DNA of 52,356 bases from Bacilli bacterium (GTDB lineage: Bacteria > Bacillota_I > Bacilli_A > RFN20 > CAG-288): assembly GCA_022780765.1 (NCBI GenBank), contig JALEUS010000054.1, positions 1-52,356 on the forward strand. The letters are read 5' to 3'. Position numbers and translations under genes: made by a program. Below, in pieces: positions 8,769 through 16,042 of the stretch. The first letter of the stretch is position 1. Every line of letters starts with the position of its first letter. The notes below the pieces were generated by a model. That model was not told the DNA's origin. It saw only the letters and a program-made list of their open reading frames with translations, and made no database searches.

Positions 8769-10373
8769 ATGAAAAAAGAATTATTGGATAAATTTAAGGA
8801 AGCCATAGTTGCTATTCTTCCTATCGTCATCGTTTTGTTTGTCATCTCTTTCTCGATCCCTTCTTTTTCAAGTGAGAGCAATCAGCAGAAGTTTGGCCCT
8901 GTTATTCTCTCTCTTATCATCTCTTCTGTTCCTCTCATCTTAGGAACAGTATTGTTCTCTTTAGGTGTTGAAAAAAGCATCGCAAAGATAGGTTCGATAG
9001 TAGGAAGCAAGGTCACAAAAAGAAAATCGATCATTCTTCTTTTAATCATAGGTGGTATGCTAGGATTCCTTGCTACTTTAGCTGAGCCTGATTTATCCTT
9101 GCTTTCAAGTCGAATATCAAAATCAGGCCCTGACTGGATACTGATTCTGATAGCTTCTTTAGGTGTCGGACTGTTCATGATAGTCTCTATTTTAAGAGTC
9201 ATCTTCAACAAAAAATTAAAGCACATACTGACTATAGGATATGGTCTTATATTCACCTTGGGATGTCTAGCTGACAAGAACTTCTTTTCGATAGCTTTCG
9301 ATGCAGGAGGTGTGACAACAGGAGTTGTCACTGTTCCCTTCATCTTAGCTTTGAGCACATCTGTTGCAAGAGTGTTAGGAGGTAAAGACAGCGAAGATAA
9401 TTCTTTCGGATACTCCGGTCTTTGCTCAATGGGTACTGTTTTAGCAGTGATGATATACTCGCTAATACTTAAAAACATAGGCCTTCTCTCCTCTTTAGAG
9501 ACAACTCTTCAAGAGAAGTTTAATCTGATCAATGGAAGTGATGAGCTTGTCAAAGAGATAAGCACTTACAGTGATTTAGGAAAACTGTACCTGGAGAATT
9601 TCTTATCTTCTTTAAAGGATGTCATCTTATCTTTGTCACCTCTTCTTCTGTTTTTTATCATCTTCAGTTTCTTTATTCGCATCAAGAAGAAGACAGCTGT
9701 CTCTATCTATGTAGGTTTTCTTTACACTTTCTTAGGTCTTGTTTTATTCTTTCTCGGAGCTGAGTCTGGCTTCATTCCTTTTGCAAGCAGGTTAGGACAG
9801 TTCTTTGGAGATAACAATGACATGTTCTATCTTTTTATCATCGTCGGCTTCATCTTAGGTTTCATATCGATGATAGCAGAACCTTCAGTAAAGATATTAG
9901 CGCGCAATGTATCCGATGTCTCAGCAGGTGCTATCTCTGAAAAAACGATCTTCTTATCTCTATGTCTCTCTTCTGGTATAGCACTTGTAGTAAACTGCAT
10001 CAGAATCAATTTCGATATCGATATTTTACTTTTTATCATTCCTCTTTTCATCATAACTATAGCCTTATCTTTCATAACTCCTGAGATCTATGTTGGAATA
10101 GCAATCGATGCAGCTGGAGTAGCAACGGGAACGATGGCTAGCTGTCTTTTCCTTCCTATGTCCATCGGTTTTACAGCAAAAAGATATGATAGCGTCGGTA
10201 TGTATTTGATGAGAGATGGCTTCGGTGTCGTTGGAATAATGTCGATTTTTCCAATAATCATCTGCGAGATACTTGGTATCATAGCAGTTAGCAAGACATC
10301 GTTAAGCTACAAGAAAGCTATCAAGAGCGTGATAGAAGAAGATGATTCACAGATCATTCATCTTCCAATGTAG
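8769..10373 (+). CDS. Polytopic membrane protein made of two fused DUF1538-like halves
   Basis: 534 aa and highly hydrophobic. The two halves share motifs: LGFLATLAEPDL/LGFISMIAEPSV, FDAGGVTTGVVTVPF/IDAAGVATGTMASCLF and FGYSGLCSMGTV/FGVVGIMSIFPI. Confidence 0.65.
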   Translation: MKKELLDKFKEAIVAILPIVIVLFVISFSIPSFSSESNQQKFGPVILSLIISSVPLILGTVLFSLGVEKSIAKIGSIVGSKVTKRKSIILLLIIGGMLGFLATLAEPDLSLLSSRISKSGPDWILILIASLGVGLFMIVSILRVIFNKKLKHILTIGYGLIFTLGCLADKNFFSIAFDAGGVTTGVVTVPFILALSTSVARVLGGKDSEDNSFGYSGLCSMGTVLAVMIYSLILKNIGLLSSLETTLQEKFNLINGSDELVKEISTYSDLGKLYLENFLSSLKDVILSLSPLLLFFIIFSFFIRIKKKTAVSIYVGFLYTFLGLVLFFLGAESGFIPFASRLGQFFGDNNDMFYLFIIVGFILGFISMIAEPSVKILARNVSDVSAGAISEKTIFLSLCLSSGIALVVNCIRINFDIDILLFIIPLFIITIALSFITPEIYVGIAIDAAGVATGTMASCLFLPMSIGFTAKRYDSVGMYLMRDGFGVVGIMSIFPIIICEILGIIAVSKTSLSYKKAIKSVIEEDDSQIIHLPM

Positions 10374-10381
10374 AGGTGATT

Positions 10382-11155
10382 ATGTCAAAGAAAAAACTGA
10401 TTTCAAATCTGATCTTTGAGAAAGAGAAGAAAAAAAAGATACCTTTTGATCAAAGAGAGAAAATCTCTTCCCTATCTCTTCTTTTTATCATAGTAAACAA
10501 AAATCAAGGAAACTACTTTGTAACTGAGTTTCAGAAAAGAGCAATTCCTCTATCTATCGTCCTTTACGCCTCCTCTTTACCTCCTGAAGACATAAGGTCT
10601 ATTCTCTCAGTCGACTCTTTAAAAAAAGAGATGGTCGTTTCAATCATCAGAGATGAAGATAAAGATGAACTCTTCAAGATAATAAAAAACAGATTCAGCA
10701 TATCTAAGACCAGCAAGGGAATCGCTTTTCTTTCTAAAATTGATTCCGTCTCTGGAATACTCACTTACAAATACTTATCAGATTATATAAGGAGGAAGAA
10801 AGAAGTGGAAAATAATATTGTAGCAGATGATGATCAATATGAACTTGTCATCGCTATTGTCAACAAAGGAGCAACCGACTTAGTAATGGAAGGAGCAAGA
10901 AAACAAGGAGCGACAGGAGGAACGATTTTAGTTGCTAGAGGTACTGGCAATCCTGATTTAGCTAAGATGTACGGAGTTGTCATTCAACCTGAGAAAGAGG
11001 TTGTCTTCATCGTGGTAAAAAAAGAGATAAAAGATGCTGTTATGAAAGAGATATACGATGATGCCGGTTTAGATAAGAAGAGCCAAGGAATCATTCTCTC
11101 TCTTCCGATTTCAAAAGCGTATGGACTGTTTGAAAACGACGAAAAAAAGGCCTGA
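10382..11155 (+). CDS. Tandem P-II (GlnB-like) domain protein that partners the DUF1538 protein
   Basis: AGAGG lies 5 nt upstream of ATG 10382; the ORF track uses GTG 10376. The C-terminal half reads YELVIAIVNKGATDLVMEGARKQGATGGTILVARGTG..EKEVVFIVVKKEIKDAVMKEI..GIILSLPISKAYG. The N-terminal half is a degenerate copy (LLFIIVNKNQGNYFVTEFQKRAIPLSIVLYASS..KKEMVVSIIRDEDKDELFKII..GIAFLSKIDSVSG). Confidence 0.6.
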   Translation: MSKKKLISNLIFEKEKKKKIPFDQREKISSLSLLFIIVNKNQGNYFVTEFQKRAIPLSIVLYASSLPPEDIRSILSVDSLKKEMVVSIIRDEDKDELFKIIKNRFSISKTSKGIAFLSKIDSVSGILTYKYLSDYIRRKKEVENNIVADDDQYELVIAIVNKGATDLVMEGARKQGATGGTILVARGTGNPDLAKMYGVVIQPEKEVVFIVVKKEIKDAVMKEIYDDAGLDKKSQGIILSLPISKAYGLFENDEKKA

Positions 11156-11168
11156 CAGAGGCCTTTTT
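11144..11168. terminator. Bidirectional rho-independent terminator between P-II (+) and serS (-)
   Basis: AAAAAGGCCT-GACAG-AGGCCTTTTT forms a 10-bp stem with a T-run on either strand. The P-II stop TGA (11153-11155) lies in the stem/loop. Confidence 0.85.
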
Positions 11169-11175
11169 CTTTTTT

Positions 11176-12498
11176 TTATTTGATGATTGAACAGTGCATG
11201 TAAGGGATTAAAACTTCAGGTACTGTGATCGTCCCATCTTCGTTTTGATAGTTTTCAATGACAGCAGCGACTGTTCTTCCTACAGCTAAACCAGAACCGT
11301 TTAACATGTGGACAAATTCAGTCTTTGAATCCTTATTTCTTTTAAATCTGATATTCATTCTTCTAGCTTGATAGTCAGTATCGTTAGAACAGGAAGAAAT
11401 CTCCTTGTAGACAGGATCCTTACAGACGTACTTGCCATCTTCTAAAACAAAAACATTGTACGATGGAAGGAAGACTTCTAAGTCATATGTTTTGGCAGCT
11501 GAGAAACCTAAATCACCTGTCGAAAGACATACTCTTCTAAATGGAAGTTTAAGAAGTTTTAAAATGAGCTCTGCTTCACTTGTCAGCTTTTCAAGCTCTT
11601 CAAAAGATGTCTCAGGAGAAGTGAACTTGACAAGCTCTACTTTCTGGAACTGATGCTGTCTGATGATACCTCTTGTATCTCTTCCAGCTGCACCAGCCTC
11701 AGCTCTGAAACAAGATGAGTAACCGACAAATGATTTAGGGAGATCACTGTAATCTAGAATCTCATTTCTGTAATAATTGGTTATAGGAACTTCCGCTGTT
11801 GGAATAAGCCAGAGAGAATCTGATGTGTTCTCAGTTAAATAAGCTTGGTCAGCAAACTTTGGAAGCTGTCCAGAACCAGTGAGAGAATCGCTGTTGACAA
11901 GGAATGGTGGAAGAACTTCAACATAGCCGTTATCCGAGTGAACATCAAGCATGAAAGCAGAGAGAGCTCTCTCAAGTTTTGCAAAAGCACCCAGGTAGAA
12001 AGTGAAACGACTGCCGGTCACCTTTCCTGCTCTATCGTAGTCAAAGTATCCCATCTTTGCACCTAATTCCCAGTGAGATAGAGGTTTGAAGGTAAACTCA
12101 GTCGGTTTGAGATAATATTTCTCGACCCTGTTTTTACTCTCATCTTCTCCTACAGGAAGAGAATCATCAGGTAAATTTGGAGTTTTCAAAAGAATTTCCT
12201 TGATCTTCTCTTCACACTTGACTCTCTGCTGATCAAGTCTCTCTATCTCCTCTTTATCAAAAGAAAGCTTTGATAAAAGTTCACTTGCTTCTTTCTCTTT
12301 TTTCTGAGCTTTCAGCTTACCGATCTCTTTAGATTGAACATTTCTTCTATTTTTTATCTCATCTGCTTTGATGATGCACTCTTTTCTCTTGCTATCAAGA
12401 GAGATGAGATCTCTCAGATAAGAGTAATCTCCAGTTCGCTGCTGAAGTTTTAAAATCACCTGATCCATGTTCTCTAAAACATATTTTATGTCTAACAT
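11176..12498 (-). CDS. serS: Seryl-tRNA synthetase
   Basis: 440 aa. There is an N-terminal coiled-coil arm. Class II motifs are present: [41 protein letters not shown] and [29 protein letters not shown]. Confidence 0.95.
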   Translation of the reverse strand: MLDIKYVLENMDQVILKLQQRTGDYSYLRDLISLDSKRKECIIKADEIKNRRNVQSKEIGKLKAQKKEKEASELLSKLSFDKEEIERLDQQRVKCEEKIKEILLKTPNLPDDSLPVGEDESKNRVEKYYLKPTEFTFKPLSHWELGAKMGYFDYDRAGKVTGSRFTFYLGAFAKLERALSAFMLDVHSDNGYVEVLPPFLVNSDSLTGSGQLPKFADQAYLTENTSDSLWLIPTAEVPITNYYRNEILDYSDLPKSFVGYSSCFRAEAGAAGRDTRGIIRQHQFQKVELVKFTSPETSFEELEKLTSEAELILKLLKLPFRRVCLSTGDLGFSAAKTYDLEVFLPSYNVFVLEDGKYVCKDPVYKEISSCSNDTDYQARRMNIRFKRNKDSKTEFVHMLNGSGLAVGRTVAAVIENYQNEDGTITVPEVLIPYMHCSIIK

Positions 12499-12568
12499 AC
12501 TATCCTCCCAAAATCATTACTATTATATTCTTTTATATTGATTACTAAACAGAAAATCGTTCATCTGA

Positions 12569-13408
12569 TCATCTTTTTAACAGATCGTAGAGCTCTTTAT
12601 AATCGTGTCCTACTTCAACTGCAGGATTATCCATTATCTCCTTCATGTTGACAGTCTCTCTTGAGACAACTTTTTTATTCATCGATATCATATCAGCTAA
12701 GACAGTTGGATAGGAAAGAAATGATGAGTTGATAAAAACAGAAGATGACGAAAAAAGCATCGACTCATACAGTTCAGAAGGAAGGTAATCAAGATAGGTT
12801 ACATTCGATGAAGAGATAAGTCTCTCCTGAAGACTCTTTTTGACCTGATCACGATCGTTGTATCCAAAGAAGATAAACTGTTTAGAAGGAATGTTTCTAG
12901 CTAAGCTATCGTATAAAGTGAACTCTTCTTTATCGATAAAAGGGCAGAAGGAAACAACTATCTCTGCGTTTTCATCGTACTGATAATTCTTTCTGAACAC
13001 TTTTTTTTCAATATCAGAGAGCTCTCTTTTCTTCTTGTTAAAAGAGAGTGGAAGGATCGTCGTCTTCTTATCGATACCATTGTCTTTTAAAAACTTTTCA
13101 CCCTCTTGAGAAAACAAAAGGATCTCATCTGCTTTCTTGTAGATTTTTAAGATGCTCTCTTTGATGACAAATCTTCTATTTGATGAGAAAAAATCATGCG
13201 ATGATTGAAAAGCTAAGATCTTCATCTTCTTATCTCTTATCATCCTATCGTATATGAAGTCATCGATATTAAAAGCCAGAATATAATCTGCCTTTGAAAA
13301 ATCATCGACTTTTTCATCACCGATAGATGATAGATAAGAAAGAAGGTAAGAATTCAACTGATAGGAGAAGTTCTCTTCTCTTTCATCGCACAAAAGATAT
13401 GCTTTCAC
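12569..13408 (-). CDS. Glycosyltransferase (GT-B/GT4)-like protein, short and without a recognisable EX7E motif
   Basis: 279 aa with a GTG start 3 nt after the gyrA stop. The C-terminal half resembles GT4 (..FIFFGYND..VTYLDYLPSELYESMLFSSSSVFINSSFLSYPTVLADMISMNKKVV..), but the usual Glu residues are replaced. Confidence 0.35.
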   Translation of the reverse strand: MKAYLLCDEREENFSYQLNSYLLSYLSSIGDEKVDDFSKADYILAFNIDDFIYDRMIRDKKMKILAFQSSHDFFSSNRRFVIKESILKIYKKADEILLFSQEGEKFLKDNGIDKKTTILPLSFNKKKRELSDIEKKVFRKNYQYDENAEIVVSFCPFIDKEEFTLYDSLARNIPSKQFIFFGYNDRDQVKKSLQERLISSSNVTYLDYLPSELYESMLFSSSSVFINSSFLSYPTVLADMISMNKKVVSRETVNMKEIMDNPAVEVGHDYKELYDLLKR

Positions 13409-13411
13409 TTC

Positions 13412-16030
13412 TTATTCCCCATCTTCCAAAGATGAATTTTTAATCATCTCAGACAAGATCTTCTCATCTTCAGATTCAGATACATCCTCTTTAATAACCT
13501 CTTCTTGGGCTTCATAGTCCTCTTGGCTAGGTTCGATGCAGCAAGAAGATATGCTCTCATTCTCTCTCATGGTGATCATCTTCACACCGCGAGTGTTTCT
13601 TCCCATCTCTCTGAGCTGAGATAAAGAGGTCTTGATGGTCGTTCCTTTGGAGGTGATGATGATGATATTCTCATCTCCTCTGACCGTCTTGATAGTGAGT
13701 AACGAACCGTTTTCCTCACCTACTTTCATGGTGATGACACCTTTTGATCCTCTGTTTGTGATACGATAATCCTCACCTTTTGAGATCTTTCCAAGTCCCA
13801 AAGTAGATAGGGAGAATATCTTATTTCCATCCATGGAAGAGACGACACCTACAACCTTGTTATCACCTTCCAAGGTGATTCCTCTTACGCCTGAAGCTGT
13901 TCTTCCCATCGATCTGACCTTGTCTTCAAAGAATGAGCAGACCTTTCCATCGCTTGAAGCTAAAGAGATGATAGCTTTTCCATCGGTCTCTTTGACATCG
14001 AGAAGCTCATCGTTTTCAGAAAGGGAGATAGCGATCTTTCCATTGGAATTGATGTTTTCAAAGTTCTTTGCATCACATCTTTTGACGACACCATTTTTGG
14101 TCGCAAAGAAGAGATACTTTCCTTCATAGTTATCCATAGAAATAATTGAAGAGATACTTTCGTTATCTTTCAGATCTAAGAAGTTCACAATCGGTATTCC
14201 TTTAGAGATCCTCGTTCCTTCCTGTATCTGATAACCTCTGGTGTGATAGACTCTGCCGGTGTTAGTAAAAAACAGAACATCGGTCTTTGTTTTTGAGTGT
14301 CTCAGTATTTTGACTGTATCATCGTCCTTGGTCTGGAAACCCTTGACTCCGATTCCACCTCTGTTTTGAATCTTAAACTCAGAAGGATCCACTCTTTTTA
14401 TGTATCCGTTATCTGTGAGCAAGATAAGAATCTCTTTGTCTTGGATGAGATCTTCATCGCTCTCATCGTAATCGATATCAGAGATCTCAGTTCTCCTGTC
14501 ATCACCGTACTTTCTTTTAATTTCCTCAAGCTCTTCAATCAGCTTGTTCTGTAGGTATGAGTAGTCATCTAAAAGCTTGTGATACTCCTGACAGTCATTT
14601 AAAAGAGCATTTTTCTCATCGATGTACTTCTGATACTCTAAACCGGTGAGCCTCTTTAAAGTCATGTCCATGATAGCTTTGCATTGCTCATCATCAAGAG
14701 AGAATCTCTCTTTTAATCTCAAAGAAGCTTCCTCGTTTGTCTTGGAGCTTCTGATGATGTGAATAGCTTCATCGATAGCGTCGGTTATAGCGATTATTCC
14801 GTTGAGGATGTGAATCCTGCTTTCAGCCTTCTTAAGCAGGAACTTGGTCCTGTTTGTGATGATGTTCTGCTGGTGCTTGATATAGATATCGATAGCCTGT
14901 CTCATAGACAAGACTTTCGGTGTACCATTATCAAGAGCGAGCATGTTGACTGCAAATGATGACTGAAGAGGAGTGAAACGGAAGAGATGATTTAAGACCA
15001 GATCAGGATTGGCTCCTTTTTTCAAGACGATTGTGAACTTTGTTCCCATCTTGGCTGAAGAGTAGTCGGCTACAGATGATATTCCTTCTATCATCTTGCT
15101 ATCAGCTAAGGTTACAATCTTCTTTGCAAGTTCTCTCTTATTTACCATGTAAGGTAATTCTGTAAAGACAATTTCAAAATGATTGCCTAAGTTATTAATA
15201 AAATATTTTCCTCTTACTTTAACCGAACCTCTTCCAGTATCAAAGTATCTTCTGATTCCTGCTCTCCCTAAGATCAGACCTCCTGAAGGAAAGTCAGGAC
15301 CCTTTATCACATTCATCAGTTCCAAGGTCGTTGTCTCTGGATTTCTGATGATCATCTGAATTCCTTCTATAGTTTCTTTGAGATTGTGAGGAGGAATAGA
15401 TGTAGCCATACCGACAGCGATACCGGAAGTCTCATTACATAAAAGATTAGGGAATCTTGAAGGTAATACTGTCGGTTCTTTTCCTTCCGAATCATATGTG
15501 TCTACAAAAGGAACAGTATCTTTATCGATGTCCCTTGTCATCTCCATAGCTATCTTTGATAATCTAGCTTCCGTGTATCTTGCTGCTGCTGGTTCATCTC
15601 CATCAGGAGAACCGAAATTACCATGCCCCTGAATAAGAGTGTAGCGCATAGCAAAATCCTGTGCCATTCTGCACATAGCTAAGTAGATAGAGGAGTCACC
15701 ATGAGGATGATATTTACCCATAACGTCACCGGAGACACGAGCTGATTTCTTAAAAGGCTTGTCAGGGGTGATGTTCATATCCCACATATCGTAGATGATT
15801 CTTCTCTGAACAGGTTTTAAACCATCTCTTGCATCAGGAATAGCACGTGAGGTCAAAGTTGAGACAGCGTAGTCTAAAAAAGAGTTCTTCATCTCCACCT
15901 GGAATTCATCTTTAGAGATACCGGCGACTATTCCTTCCTGAAGACCGCTGATTCCTTCACCTTTTTCCTCTTTGATCTCTTCTTTATTCTCTTGAGTCAA
16001 CTCTTCTGTTTCTTTCTCTTCGTCGATCAT
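13412..16030 (-). CDS. gyrA: DNA gyrase subunit A
   Basis: 872 aa. Hallmarks are RAIPDARDGLKPVQRRIIY, KYHPHGDSSIY, the AAARYTEARL catalytic Tyr, and a C-terminal beta-pinwheel region. GGAGGAT SD. It has acidic N- and C-terminal extensions. Confidence 0.97.
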   Translation of the reverse strand: MIDEEKETEELTQENKEEIKEEKGEGISGLQEGIVAGISKDEFQVEMKNSFLDYAVSTLTSRAIPDARDGLKPVQRRIIYDMWDMNITPDKPFKKSARVSGDVMGKYHPHGDSSIYLAMCRMAQDFAMRYTLIQGHGNFGSPDGDEPAAARYTEARLSKIAMEMTRDIDKDTVPFVDTYDSEGKEPTVLPSRFPNLLCNETSGIAVGMATSIPPHNLKETIEGIQMIIRNPETTTLELMNVIKGPDFPSGGLILGRAGIRRYFDTGRGSVKVRGKYFINNLGNHFEIVFTELPYMVNKRELAKKIVTLADSKMIEGISSVADYSSAKMGTKFTIVLKKGANPDLVLNHLFRFTPLQSSFAVNMLALDNGTPKVLSMRQAIDIYIKHQQNIITNRTKFLLKKAESRIHILNGIIAITDAIDEAIHIIRSSKTNEEASLRLKERFSLDDEQCKAIMDMTLKRLTGLEYQKYIDEKNALLNDCQEYHKLLDDYSYLQNKLIEELEEIKRKYGDDRRTEISDIDYDESDEDLIQDKEILILLTDNGYIKRVDPSEFKIQNRGGIGVKGFQTKDDDTVKILRHSKTKTDVLFFTNTGRVYHTRGYQIQEGTRISKGIPIVNFLDLKDNESISSIISMDNYEGKYLFFATKNGVVKRCDAKNFENINSNGKIAISLSENDELLDVKETDGKAIISLASSDGKVCSFFEDKVRSMGRTASGVRGITLEGDNKVVGVVSSMDGNKIFSLSTLGLGKISKGEDYRITNRGSKGVITMKVGEENGSLLTIKTVRGDENIIIITSKGTTIKTSLSQLREMGRNTRGVKMITMRENESISSCCIEPSQEDYEAQEEVIKEDVSESEDEKILSEMIKNSSLEDGE

Positions 16031-16042
16031 AATATCCTCCTA

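Noticed and set aside
8882-9478. Long antisense ORFs appear in the six-frame track. Examples are 8882..9478 (198 aa), 7125..7619 (164 aa), 38834..39298 (154 aa), 49344..49724 (126 aa) and 20864..21175 (103 aa), plus many of 62-100 aa inside gyrA, gyrB, serS and the giant genes.
   Set aside because: All lie entirely within, and antisense or out of frame to, well-supported genes. They lack SD sequences and have low-complexity or odd composition. They are typical shadow ORFs of AT-rich coding DNA.
12499-12568. A T-box leader was expected upstream of serS.
   Set aside because: Only 70 nt are available, with no specifier hairpin or T-box sequence (AANNNGGGTGGTACCGCG-like). Only an SD and a weak -10-like TATAAT are present.
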